From: a virus
Lineage: Duplodnaviria; Caudoviricetes
Direction: 5' to 3' (one strand)
IMG/VR virus record: IMGVR_UViG_3300021431_000075
Coordinates: 320,001-384,000 of that record
DNA: 64,000 bases
Below the pieces are notes generated by a model. The model was not told the DNA's origin. It saw nothing but the letters and a program-made list of their open reading frames with translations, and ran no database searches. The position numbers and the translations under genes are program-made. This document shows positions 1-9,453 of the stretch, piece by piece (within the stretch, counting starts at the first letter, position 1; each line of letters starts with the position of its first letter).

Positions 1-1
1 T

Positions 2-340
2 TTGCTGGGCAATAAACACTTTAGCAAATGTTATGATTTCAAGGACGGTTTTGCAAAAGTAGAAAATTATAAAGGACAGTTTAATTATATAGACCGATAC
101 GGCAAAGAGCTGTTCAACAAATGGATTAGCCTCAAATATAATGGTGAATATGTCGGTGGTTTTCTAAAGGTTGAGAATACAGGTGATAATACGGTTAATT
201 TTATGAATTTGAAAGGAGACTATATCTTGAACAAGTGGATAAATGCAGATGTTTTAGGGTTCCGTGTAGATAACGGGGTGCTGTTCATAAGTGATGGAAC
301 ATGCGTTGATAGTGATGGAAGTTTTGTTGCTATTGTTTGA
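2..340 (+). CDS. WG-repeat protein, C-terminal part (5' truncated by window)
   Basis: FKDGFAKV..FNYIDRYG repeat; C-terminus resembles the three full paralogs in the window. Confidence 0.85.
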   Translation: MLGNKHFSKCYDFKDGFAKVENYKGQFNYIDRYGKELFNKWISLKYNGEYVGGFLKVENTGDNTVNFMNLKGDYILNKWINADVLGFRVDNGVLFISDGTCVDSDGSFVAIV

Positions 341-375
341 GATTGTCTTAATGTTCGTTTGTTGAAAAAATAAAC

Positions 376-414
376 AAAGTCGCTGTTTTTCTATTTGGAG
401 AAACAGCGACTTTT
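376..414. terminator. bidirectional intrinsic terminator
   Basis: aaagtcgctgttt/aaacagcgacttt stem between convergent genes. Confidence 0.8.
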
Positions 415-440
415 CAGTTCTAACTGCAATAGTCAGATTT

Positions 441-1625
441 CTATTGTTTCGGAATCACTCTCATATTGAATTGTATACTCATCGTGAGCCAGTCAGGTGG
501 AGCGATGTGCATCATCGTTTTTCCGAATTCATCATAGCCTGTGCTGTCGATGTACTTGTCGTCTTCTTCGTTTGTCAAGCGACCGTGCTCGTCGATGTCC
601 ATCAAGCTCTTTGATTTCGCGTTGATGTAGTTTCCCTTGTATGGAACGAAAGCGCGGAAGTCCTTTCCGTCATGGTACAGATATGCGTATGCAGGGATTG
701 TTGCGAGCTTTTTGAGTTCATAGTTGACCTTTGTCATCATAAGAACCATATACGGAACCATCTGATCCGTTAAGAACAGTTCCTTGATATAGAACTTCAC
801 ATCATCATCGATGTTGATTTTTGACGTGATGTCCTTGAATGCTTTTGCAAACTTCTTGTTTGACTTGAACTGATCAATTCTTTTGTTCTTCATTTGTTCA
901 AAAGATATGTTCTTTTCTTCACCGAATATCGCCAGCTCGAAGAGTTTCAAAAATTCTTCATCGCTCATTACTTTTCCGTATCTTCCGGGTTTTGCATCGG
1001 GAAGGTTGCCGTTGAAAATGAATCTTGCACTGTCGTCTTTGGTTTTGCTGGTGGTATTCTTCTCTTGTTTGAAATCAACAAGTTTGAAGAATTCCTTTGC
1101 TTGTCTTTTGTAGTCGGCAAGAGATTGATAGACTGTATTGTCTTCTATGTCTCCGTCTTCATCGAATTCCTTTGCGGTTGGAGAGTTGACAAATTCTTTG
1201 ATTTCTTCACACATGCCGAACAAAAGGTCTTGGTTCTCGCTCAATGCATAGTGACAGAAAATCTTGAAAAAGAAGTAACCGCAATCTTGTTCAGAATCAT
1301 ATTCGTCGGCATTTGTTATGTCATATATGTCGCCATAACCTTCCGGCTGCTCTTCTCTGTTGTCTTTGTGACTGAAGTAATCCTGAACGTCAAATCCGTA
1401 CTTATCGTTAATGACTTTATGGAATGTTTTGAAAGACCCGGGGAAGTTCTTCTTGGCATAGTCCATGAATAGCTTCTGGTTGGCTTTGCTGCTGAAGAAA
1501 TTTTCACCATAATATCTGAATTCTGCAACATCGCATAATCCTTCTTCATAAAGTTCTGCTGGAGTTCCGTACAGGTTAGCTAACATCATAACCTGATTTT
1601 CTGTAGGGTTTTTGATAGTTTTCAT
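441..1625 (-). CDS. hypothetical protein
   Basis: long ORF; start set at MKTIKN, downstream of promoter 1674-1681. Confidence 0.8.
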   Translation of the reverse strand: MKTIKNPTENQVMMLANLYGTPAELYEEGLCDVAEFRYYGENFFSSKANQKLFMDYAKKNFPGSFKTFHKVINDKYGFDVQDYFSHKDNREEQPEGYGDIYDITNADEYDSEQDCGYFFFKIFCHYALSENQDLLFGMCEEIKEFVNSPTAKEFDEDGDIEDNTVYQSLADYKRQAKEFFKLVDFKQEKNTTSKTKDDSARFIFNGNLPDAKPGRYGKVMSDEEFLKLFELAIFGEEKNISFEQMKNKRIDQFKSNKKFAKAFKDITSKINIDDDVKFYIKELFLTDQMVPYMVLMMTKVNYELKKLATIPAYAYLYHDGKDFRAFVPYKGNYINAKSKSLMDIDEHGRLTNEEDDKYIDSTGYDEFGKTMMHIAPPDWLTMSIQFNMRVIPKQ

Positions 1626-1673
1626 TGCTTTTTTGTTTTTGATTGTTTGTAATTGGTTGAATTGTTTATGTTG

Positions 1674-1681
1674 CAAATTTA
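1674..1681 (-). promoter_or_regulatory. Bacteroidota-type -7 promoter element (TAAATTTG)
   Basis: matches TAnnTTTG upstream of gene. Confidence 0.65.
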
Positions 1682-1766
1682 AGCGTTTGTGATGGTTGCT
1701 GCAAGATAAAATGCTTTAAATGTTTATATTTTAAGATAGTTTAACAAAACATGTTTGAAACGATAA

Positions 1767-2225
1767 TTAAGATTTATCTTTTCTTAAAAATTCAAGAACT
1801 TTTTTGAGTGTTGGCGGAATTTCTGTGAAGTCTGATTGGGTTGCGTCAAGCGCATAGTTCGGTTTGTTCTTGAAATCTGTGAAGAAACCTATTTGCTCTT
1901 TGCCGATTTCGACAGAGACGAGTCCGGTTTGTTCAGTCTCGAAATCAAGGACTACGGAGCCGTACAGTGTCGGATAGACATCTTCCGGGTCGAGTTGTGT
2001 GAAACCTTCTTTGAAAGCATTTTCGACAAAACTGAACGTGTTTCTGATTGTCTGTTCGGATGGAACAGCTGCATCATATCCGTCCCAGTTTTCATCAAGA
2101 CATGCAATCGTATGCAGTTTTGCTTTGATTTGCCGGAGTTGAGAATCACAGTCGTTTTCTTGAGAATCTGCCATATGTTGATGGACTTTCTCTTTGATAA
2201 TTTTAAATAGTTCTGAAGTTTCCAT
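1767..2225 (-). CDS. hypothetical protein (LxxNWDGYxA motif)
   Basis: 152 aa ORF with own TATTTTTG promoter at 2277-2284. Confidence 0.75.
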   Translation of the reverse strand: METSELFKIIKEKVHQHMADSQENDCDSQLRQIKAKLHTIACLDENWDGYDAAVPSEQTIRNTFSFVENAFKEGFTQLDPEDVYPTLYGSVVLDFETEQTGLVSVEIGKEQIGFFTDFKNKPNYALDATQSDFTEIPPTLKKVLEFLRKDKS

Positions 2226-2343
2226 TTTGCTTTTTAATTAAGTTGATTGAAATTTAAGTTGAATGAAATTTTTCTGCAAAAATATTGATAAATTTTGAAA
2301 CTTCAAAAAAATAGACATAAAAAATAAACATATGTAAATAAAG

Positions 2344-2377
2344 AAAACCGGAATCTGTTGTTGTAGAATCCGGTTTT
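2344..2377 (-). terminator. intrinsic terminator (duplicated near 3088-3121)
   Basis: aaaaccgga/tccggtttt stem. Confidence 0.7.
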
Positions 2378-2403
2378 GATAGTAATATTTTTTTGAATTT
2401 TTA

Positions 2404-3009
2404 TTAGATTATGCTGTTGAGTATTTCTGAATAGCCTTTGAAATATGGATATTGTCTTTCAATATAGAAGTTTGCATCTCTATCATCATTTACGTCATCA
2501 CGCTGATTTTTGTCAAGACTTATCCATCCGTTATCCAGTGCTTTGTTATATGCGCATTGATGGAGAATTACGAAAGCAAGTTCTGATTCGTTTAATTTTT
2601 CGATGAAATTATAGTTCAGAAACATATAATTTTTATATTCATCATAAGCAGCAGTGTCAATTTCATCTGTGATTATATATTTCTTTGGCGCAAATGGTAT
2701 GTATAACTCATTGTATGCATTAGGAACTTCTGTCTTGATAAAATTAATTGCAATCTTTATTAATCTATCTCCCAAAACACTAAATCGGTGGTTTTTTAAT
2801 CTTGTTGATGACATTTTTAATCGATCTTGACGCCAATCATCTTTTTTATGAGGAAAATGACTATAACCTTGTTTTTCATCTTTTATGATTCTTTCTGCAT
2901 CTTCTTTGGAAATCAAATTAACGGTAGATTCATTAAGTCTTCTCTTGACAACTTTTGCGACATCTCTCATGATGCTCTCATATAGTGTTTTCTTATTTTG
3001 CCTTTTCAT
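2404..3009 (-). CDS. putative head-associated protein with degenerate zincin-like (DUF2201_N-like) domain
   Basis: LYE..LNE N-terminus; TAAYD..NYNF..ELAFVILHQ; late promoter 3032-3038. Confidence 0.6.
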   Translation of the reverse strand: MKRQNKKTLYESIMRDVAKVVKRRLNESTVNLISKEDAERIIKDEKQGYSHFPHKKDDWRQDRLKMSSTRLKNHRFSVLGDRLIKIAINFIKTEVPNAYNELYIPFAPKKYIITDEIDTAAYDEYKNYMFLNYNFIEKLNESELAFVILHQCAYNKALDNGWISLDKNQRDDVNDDRDANFYIERQYPYFKGYSEILNSII

Positions 3010-3082
3010 TTAATAAAAAATGCATTTTGTTTATTTATTGCACAAAAAGGATTTTTGAGCACATTATCGTTTTGTTGTTGGA

Positions 3083-3170
3083 TAAAGAAAACCGGAAACT
3101 ACTGTTGTAGAATCCGGTTTTAGGTAATAATTCTTTTGAAATTTGTTTTTAGATTATGCTGTTGAGTATT
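3083..3170. repeat. diverged copy of 2339-2425 (terminator plus 3' end of gene 2404-3009)
   Basis: aaagaaaaccgga..tgttgtagaatccggtttt..ttagattatgctgttgagtatt present at both sites. Confidence 0.9.
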
Positions 3171-3268
3171 CTTTCACTTAGATTGAAATGCTCATACCAC
3201 CTACAATAAGTGGATTCTTGAAGAATACTATCTCGTTATTTGTTTGCTTATAATATCTTATTGTCATA

Positions 3269-3943
3269 TCAATTTTGATCGTATTTATTCATGTCTATTT
3301 GGTGGTTATGTATCATTTCATCTGTAGTTAATAATCTATTATATATACGGATTTGATATATTATTCCGTTCAGATAAAAATTTCCGTATGTACCAGTACT
3401 TCTGCTTCCTAAATATGCTACACTACCAGATTTAGACCAATACGTACCACTCGAAGCAAAACTTCCAATATTTCCATTAACTATATTTGCTGGACTACTC
3501 CCATAATGGACAGAGTTTGCAATAAAACCAGTTGATATAGGTATTTTATTATAGTTTTTATTTGTCGACATACTACATAGACAATTTGCTGTAGTATTAT
3601 GAAAACCGTACATTATTGTATTAGAACCCCCACTTTCCAATACAAATTGACTTTTACTTGCTCTCACATAAATAGCAACTTCAATAGTAGATGTATCAAC
3701 TGGATAATTCAAACTGACGCTTGCAACGCCTTTGCTATTTGTACCATTGAATACTACACCACCAAGAGAATCAACTGTTACATTTGACGTTGCAAAACTT
3801 ACACCGCCTTTCTTATCAACCCAAGTGTTAAGTGTAGGATTATAGTTAGCACAGTCCAAATGAAATACAAGTCCATATTGAATATAATCTTCATCTTGAT
3901 TGTTGGTATTGGCTGCTATCATTAATTTTCGTCTGAAACTCAT
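3269..3943 (-). CDS. LamG/concanavalin A-like lectin-domain protein, putative adhesin
   Basis: GLVFHLD..GVVFNGTNS..YLGSR..NGIIYQIRIYNRLLT; N-terminus MSFRRKL. Confidence 0.8.
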   Translation of the reverse strand: MSFRRKLMIAANTNNQDEDYIQYGLVFHLDCANYNPTLNTWVDKKGGVSFATSNVTVDSLGGVVFNGTNSKGVASVSLNYPVDTSTIEVAIYVRASKSQFVLESGGSNTIMYGFHNTTANCLCSMSTNKNYNKIPISTGFIANSVHYGSSPANIVNGNIGSFASSGTYWSKSGSVAYLGSRSTGTYGNFYLNGIIYQIRIYNRLLTTDEMIHNHQIDMNKYDQN

Positions 3944-4044
3944 AACAATTTCCTTTTCATGATTCTTTCTGCATCTTCTTTGTAAATCAAATTAACGTTA
4001 AATTCGTTAAGTTTTCTCTTGACGACTATTGCAACATCTCTCAT
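3940..4044 (-). pseudogene. remnant of the 5' end of gene 2404-3009 (34 aa)
   Basis: MRDVAIVVKRKLNEFNVNLIYKEDAERI vs MRDVAKVVKRRLNESTVNLISKEDAERI; its TGA overlaps the ATG at 3943. Confidence 0.8.
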
Positions 4045-4140
4045 CTCATAATGTTTTTCGTAGAGAGATTTCTTAATTTTTTATTTAATAAAAATACATT
4101 TTGTTTATTTATTGCACAAAAAAAAAAGGATTTTTGAACA
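3951..4140. repeat. diverged copy of about 2880-3060 (5' end and late promoter of gene 2404-3009)
   Basis: atgattctttctgcatcttctttg and cattttgtttatttattgcacaaaa shared. Confidence 0.9.
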
Positions 4141-4178
4141 TACTTGATGCACTTTTTTGTAAAATTGCATCTAAAAAA

Positions 4179-4185
4179 ATAAATA
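4179..4185 (+). promoter_or_regulatory. T4-like late promoter ATAAATA
   Basis: ATAAATATCTTAT context recurs at 42795, 48019 and 51876. Confidence 0.65.
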
Positions 4186-4217
4186 TCTTATAATATCAAA
4201 CATAGAAAGACAAACCA

Positions 4218-6137
4218 ATGAACACTCTATACAGAAGAAGAAATTATTATATAAATGAAGACTTGCTGGACAAGGTCAGTGTGGATGAAGTCGAAGATGA
4301 AGATAATGATGAAGCCAAAAGCATCAAGAATGATGAGAATGCTGATTGTAATGTCAAGTTATGGTTTGGTTATGATTATGGAAACACTGCAATGTGTGTT
4401 GCTGATTGTATTTATGACTATTTGGATAATTGTTCTTTTGTCAAGAAGTTTAAGGCGCCGGTTCATGACCGGTGTCATCATAAAATCGGAATCAATTTCT
4501 ATTCTGATGACATGAAGGCAGAAGACTTGATGAGTCTGATAATCTTTATGTCTTTTAAGTCAGGCGAACGGATGCGTGTCATGGATGAAAATACGAACGC
4601 AAGTTGCTATGTCGAAATTGAAAGATATTACTTGAATGTGGATCTTAGAGAATTTGGAAATTTTTTCAATGGATTCTTTCCGGATGAGAACACCGAGAGA
4701 CTTTTTAAGTTATTTGTTCGAATGTGCATAACAAGGCGTCTTTTGAGAAGGTCGGAGTATTCTGATTTGCCGGGTTATCAAGTTCAGCTCGGATATGAGA
4801 AACACAACTTGGTTGATGAATATGGGAATTTTTTACTCGATAGATGCTACAGCGAAAGTCGAAAGTTGGATAATTGCGATTTGGTCCGTGTTAAATCAGG
4901 AGAAAAGTACAATATCATAGACAAGAGCGGAAAACTTTTGTTTGATGAGAAGAAGTGGTTTGACATGCAGGGATATATGATGTGTGACGGATATATAAAA
5001 ATAGGTTATGGAGCCGGTTATGGCACATATAAGTTCTGGTACAACTTCATTGACATTGACGGAAATTTTCTGAATGACGAGCATTATGATGATTGTGGAA
5101 ACTTCAATGAAGGACTTGCTGCTGTCAAGATAGACAGTCGATGCAATTACATAGATACAGACGGGAACATTGTTTTTGATGAGTGGTTTGATGAGTGCGG
5201 AACTTTTATAAACGGATACGCAAGCGTCAGAAAAGATTCTAAATGGAATTTCATTGACAAGAAAGGTAAGTACTTGAGTAAAGAGTGGTTTGACAAATGC
5301 TATAACTTTGAGTATGGTATGGTTGTTGTCAAGTCAAAGAAATGCAATATGATAGACAACAAAGGAAAACTCGTATTGGCTGAGTGGGTTGATAATATCG
5401 GCACTTTCGTTGATGGATTTTCTATTGTCACGCTTAAGAATAAATTCAATTATATAGACAAGAAAGGTAATCTGTTGTCAAATGAGTGGTTTATCCAGTG
5501 TATCAATTTTAGTGATGGTTTCGGTATAGTATCGAACAAAAAGTCAAAGAAGAACTTTATTGACAAGGATGGAAATTTTTTGTCAAAAGACTGGTATGAC
5601 GATGCATGCTCTTTTGAATGCGGATTTGGCAGAGTACATGATGTAAATAAAAAGGGATGGAACTATATAGACAGAAATGGAAATATTCTGTCACCAAACT
5701 TGTGGTTTAAATCTATTGATGATTTTTGTGACTTTGGTTTGGCACTGGTTAATGAGAATAACTATGATAAGTATAATTTTATAAGGAGAGACGGTAGTTT
5801 AGTTATTGACGGATGGTTTAAGTTCGCAGATCATTTTAGAGAAGGTTTTGCACAAGTTGAAATGATTATCAATGGTCGTGAATCATATAATTTCATAAAT
5901 AGCAAGGGAACCATTATTTCGCCGGATGTCTGGTTCAGGGAAGTCTCGAATTTCAGAAACGGTGTTGCAAAGGTGACAGATTTTTCCGGGAAAATCAATT
6001 ATATAAATGAGGATGGCAAACTTTTGTTCAAAGAATGGTTTGTGTACAAGAAGATGGTTAGCGTTGAGGATGGTATGCTTGTCACGATGAATGGACTGGC
6101 TGTTGATTTAAACGGAGAATATGTGTCATTGATTTGA
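4218..6137 (+). CDS. WG-repeat protein
   Basis: many FxxGxAxV..wNfIDxxG repeats after an N-terminal domain. Confidence 0.9.
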   Translation: MNTLYRRRNYYINEDLLDKVSVDEVEDEDNDEAKSIKNDENADCNVKLWFGYDYGNTAMCVADCIYDYLDNCSFVKKFKAPVHDRCHHKIGINFYSDDMKAEDLMSLIIFMSFKSGERMRVMDENTNASCYVEIERYYLNVDLREFGNFFNGFFPDENTERLFKLFVRMCITRRLLRRSEYSDLPGYQVQLGYEKHNLVDEYGNFLLDRCYSESRKLDNCDLVRVKSGEKYNIIDKSGKLLFDEKKWFDMQGYMMCDGYIKIGYGAGYGTYKFWYNFIDIDGNFLNDEHYDDCGNFNEGLAAVKIDSRCNYIDTDGNIVFDEWFDECGTFINGYASVRKDSKWNFIDKKGKYLSKEWFDKCYNFEYGMVVVKSKKCNMIDNKGKLVLAEWVDNIGTFVDGFSIVTLKNKFNYIDKKGNLLSNEWFIQCINFSDGFGIVSNKKSKKNFIDKDGNFLSKDWYDDACSFECGFGRVHDVNKKGWNYIDRNGNILSPNLWFKSIDDFCDFGLALVNENNYDKYNFIRRDGSLVIDGWFKFADHFREGFAQVEMIINGRESYNFINSKGTIISPDVWFREVSNFRNGVAKVTDFSGKINYINEDGKLLFKEWFVYKKMVSVEDGMLVTMNGLAVDLNGEYVSLI

Positions 6138-6252
6138 CGATGAACAATAAAATATAAAGTTGTGAGTGGTTCTTGGATGCGTTTTCAAAGAACCATATTT
6201 TTGATGCAATGATAAACTTTAAAAAACTTTAACATTTTTTAATTATCAATAA

Positions 6253-6284
6253 TTTGCAAACAAAGAATTAAATCATTATTTTTG
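6253..6284 (+). promoter_or_regulatory. Bacteroidota-type -33/-7 promoter
   Basis: TTTG-N20-TATTTTTG. Confidence 0.75.
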
Positions 6285-6300
6285 CGGTCTGAATCATTAA

Positions 6301-6498
6301 ATGGTTATAATTATGTCTTTGTTTAATAAGAAAGATAAGTTGGAAGTTGCCGAATGGTTTGTTGATCTGACTGGAATCTTTTGTCATTATGAGTTCTTTA
6401 CAAAAGAACTATGGAGAAAGGTTGACGGATTCAAAATGGCAGATAATGCTGAAGTCCTTGTGGCATTCCAGCATTATTGGTTTCATGTAACTTTTATG
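6301..6498 (+). pseudogene. 5' part of a gene interrupted by the TnpB-like element
   Basis: joins in frame to 8197-8325 across a TTTATG repeat, giving 108 aa. Confidence 0.65.
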
Positions 6499-7972
6499 TA
6501 TTATTTTGTGCCAAGATGTTCTTTTTGAAAGACATTTTCTTAGCATAAATCCTGTTAGACAAAAGTTTGGAGACAACTGGCTGACATGCAGCCAGAGAGA
6601 CTCGATACATCATTTTCGGGTCTGCTTTTAGAGCATAATATATTTTCCTCAAGTCTATTTCAGAGTCCTTCAAGTTAAATACTTCCATCGTTCGCTCTAT
6701 TCGTTCTCTGAAGTCGTCAACATTCGGAAACAATATGTTCTTTGTTTTTGCAAAATCATTTGCAATATACTGGTGATAATATTCGTAAGTTCTTCTTCCA
6801 ATCTCGATTGATGCAAGGCACATGTCGGGCAGATTGCAATCTCTGAACACGAAGTTGCTAACAAAGCTGCTATATTCACAAAACACTTCCAAGCACTCTA
6901 TGTCATATTTAGCGCAGTTCTTTCTTATGTTGTCAACTAAAGGTCTGCGGAGCCACTGGTTGTTTATAAGCCTGTTGAAGTTCGTTCCTTTCTTGTTGTC
7001 CTTTGTTACGATTGCAAGTTGTTCATAACCGAACAAAGAGCAACCATAGTGAACTGCCGTTTCAACAAGCGTATTCGAGACAAGAAATATCTCGTTGTGA
7101 CGCTCGTTCGTTATCTTCTTTCTCTTTCTATGACTGCTTGGTAAGTGCTGTTTTTTCAACGCATATTCTGCGTCGTTCAAATCTTTGATTGTGATTGTGC
7201 CGGACTCTACTATATGGAAATCACTATGTGATTTCCAGTCAACAACGCTCCAACCAACATAGTTGGGATTCAAGTCTATTGCAAGAACCCTGTCCTGAAT
7301 CTGCTTCGGTCTGTTAACTATCTTGACATTCTTGTAAAGTTCCTTAACTTTGTATGATATGTATACATATTGTGCATCAATCTTGTAAGTGATAGGCATA
7401 TCACCCGCAACCTGATGTTCATATAGCAGTCTTATAATTTTGAGATAATTCTTAGACAGTCTTGCAGAGAACTTAACTTCCATCCATTTCTTGCCCGGCA
7501 TTAGTATCCTAATGCCGCTTAAGTCATCAAGCAGCCTGAACTTTCTGTTACCAAAACGTCTTGCTGAACCTGAGTCTGCTGATCCTATACTGACAAGCGG
7601 AGAGAGCCTGCCGGCTCTCAACTCATCTTTTGAAACCTTGCCGCTTCTATAGTCGTTCATCAGGGACTTGCCGCCGAAGCAAGTCCGTATCTTCTTCTCG
7701 CTTGTCTTCTGAAGTTCCTTCTCTGTTTCATAAATTGCATTGCCTTCATATACAGCAGACCGCTTCAACCAAGAGTCAAGAAGATTTATGTCATTATAAT
7801 CATCAAACGAATTGTCCTTTACCGGAATTCCTTTCTCGTATTTCTTGAACGCGGAGCGTATGATGTGAGTCTGCTGTCTCCGCAAATCGGAAATCAACAT
7901 ACGGTCTTCGGTTGAATTATATTCAACCGGAATCTTGATAGTGCTGTATGTATCTTTCTGATTCTTGGACAT
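6494..7972 (-). CDS. tnpB: TnpB-like RuvC nuclease
   Basis: RuvC-I LAIDLNP, RuvC-II YEQL, YSSF..PDMCLASIEIGRR RuvC-III; no CxxC-CxxC zinc finger. Confidence 0.8.
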   Translation of the reverse strand: MSKNQKDTYSTIKIPVEYNSTEDRMLISDLRRQQTHIIRSAFKKYEKGIPVKDNSFDDYNDINLLDSWLKRSAVYEGNAIYETEKELQKTSEKKIRTCFGGKSLMNDYRSGKVSKDELRAGRLSPLVSIGSADSGSARRFGNRKFRLLDDLSGIRILMPGKKWMEVKFSARLSKNYLKIIRLLYEHQVAGDMPITYKIDAQYVYISYKVKELYKNVKIVNRPKQIQDRVLAIDLNPNYVGWSVVDWKSHSDFHIVESGTITIKDLNDAEYALKKQHLPSSHRKRKKITNERHNEIFLVSNTLVETAVHYGCSLFGYEQLAIVTKDNKKGTNFNRLINNQWLRRPLVDNIRKNCAKYDIECLEVFCEYSSFVSNFVFRDCNLPDMCLASIEIGRRTYEYYHQYIANDFAKTKNILFPNVDDFRERIERTMEVFNLKDSEIDLRKIYYALKADPKMMYRVSLAACQPVVSKLLSNRIYAKKMSFKKNILAQNNT

Positions 7973-8196
7973 TTTATGATGCTTGTTATGACATATTATT
8001 TATCTTTAAAATATTTCAATATGAAGATTAGCAAATGATTTTTTATGTTAAAAACAATTAAAAATCAATCTGTATATATATTTTTTTCAAATTATTATTG
8101 CATATTGTTTATTTAATCATTATCTTTGCATTGTGATATGAATTCATTAAAGACTGATAATATGTTTATATTCTATAACATAAAAAATAATTTATG
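6499..8196 (-). mobile_element. TnpB-only insertion element (IS200/IS605-related, no transposase)
   Basis: antisense RuvC ORF bounded by TTTATG at 6493-6498 and 8191-8196. Confidence 0.7.
8121..8128 (+). promoter_or_regulatory. outward-facing Bacteroidota-type promoter inside the element
   Basis: aatcatTATCTTTGc, similar to aatcatTATTTTTGc at 6271-6285. Confidence 0.65.
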
Positions 8197-8325
8197 AATT
8201 ATAATCACAAGTTCATCAAGTACACTTCTGCTTGCGGAATGTTATGGTTTGCTGAAACAAGCAAGGACGGCTATGAAACATACATCAAGCGGTTCCAGCC
8301 TGTGATAGATGTTTATGAATCATAG
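8194..8325 (+). pseudogene. 3' part of the interrupted gene (43 aa, has its own ATG)
   Basis: MNYNHKFIKYTSACGMLWFAETSKDGYETYIKRFQPVIDVYES. Confidence 0.6.
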
Positions 8326-8346
8326 ATACTAAAACAGAGATGATAT

Positions 8347-8742
8347 ATGGAAGAACTGAATAAGAAAAGACTTGCTGATTTGGCAAGCAGACTGTTTTCC
8401 AGAACGAAGATAACTTGGAATGGAAAAGATGCGGTCGATTTGACACCTGATGAATTTTCAAACATTGTTAAATGCAACGACTTTAGTTGGAAGCCGTTTC
8501 TCCGTTCATTGAAAACGATGACAGATGAAGAGAAACTTGAACTGAAAAGCGTTTATGATGCTGAATATGTGACAGATACATCTATATGTTTTTTAGAAGG
8601 CGGAACATTGGAAGAGTATCTTTCAGACATATCTTTTAGATTTTGTTCAGAACTTACTGACTGGCTTGTTGCACATCGTTTTGATTGTCATGGATTAATT
8701 CCAGACGGAAATGCGATCGAAGCGCCTGATGGTATGTATTGA
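8347..8742 (+). CDS. hypothetical phage protein (PFLR..MTxEEK type)
   Basis: paralog-like to 15304-15747. Confidence 0.8.
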   Translation: MEELNKKRLADLASRLFSRTKITWNGKDAVDLTPDEFSNIVKCNDFSWKPFLRSLKTMTDEEKLELKSVYDAEYVTDTSICFLEGGTLEEYLSDISFRFCSELTDWLVAHRFDCHGLIPDGNAIEAPDGMY

Positions 8743-8841
8743 AATTTGACTGATTGATTTGTAATCAATTAAATATCAACAATCTAATAAAAATAAGTTG
8801 TTTTATAAGTTACCGTTAATGGTAAGAAAAATCTTAATTAT

Positions 8842-9396
8842 ATGAAACATATACTAATAAGATGCGCTCATTGTCAAAAACTATATACATATTGCACATA
8901 TGGCAACGGTCCGGAGTATGGAACTGATGAAGGTTGTTCTCGAACATATTGCGCTGAATGTCAGAAAGCGATTGATGCTGCTCTTGATGCAATCCCTGTC
9001 AAGTACAGGCCTGTTCAAGTCGAGATTCACGACGACTCTGTTCTTGCAGAACTTGACAGGATTAAGAAGAAATGCTCTGAATCAGATGACGGAATGTTTC
9101 CTCAAGCAATGCAAATGGTTTGCGACGAGTACAGCAATATCGACAAGTTCACATTTGACGGTTCTGTCTATTATGTCAAGTACAACGACAAGAGTCCGGA
9201 TGACAGGCATTTGTTTGTCGAGATGGAGTACGATGTATTGAACGAGAAAGTGACAGATAGGTACTGGAATGCAGAGAGCATGGAAGAAACTTATCGGAAG
9301 ATGAGAGCGATGAACAGCGGTTTCGTTGATGCCGAGAAAGTGAAGCCGATCAATTTGTCAGAACCGAATCCGGAACTATTCTATTGCAGTTTTTAA
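8842..9396 (+). CDS. hypothetical protein with two CxxC motifs
   Basis: CAHC..CAEC. Confidence 0.8.
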   Translation: MKHILIRCAHCQKLYTYCTYGNGPEYGTDEGCSRTYCAECQKAIDAALDAIPVKYRPVQVEIHDDSVLAELDRIKKKCSESDDGMFPQAMQMVCDEYSNIDKFTFDGSVYYVKYNDKSPDDRHLFVEMEYDVLNEKVTDRYWNAESMEETYRKMRAMNSGFVDAEKVKPINLSEPNPELFYCSF

Positions 9397-9453
9397 CCAA
9401 GTCATGTTTGGAAGTTGCTTGAAACGTGTTTTTTTAATAAAAATAGAACAATA

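Noticed and set aside
6494-7972. Cas12f/type V CRISPR effector or IStron
   Set aside because: No repeat-spacer array was seen. The ORF is antisense to the interrupted gene and no group I intron core was recognised.
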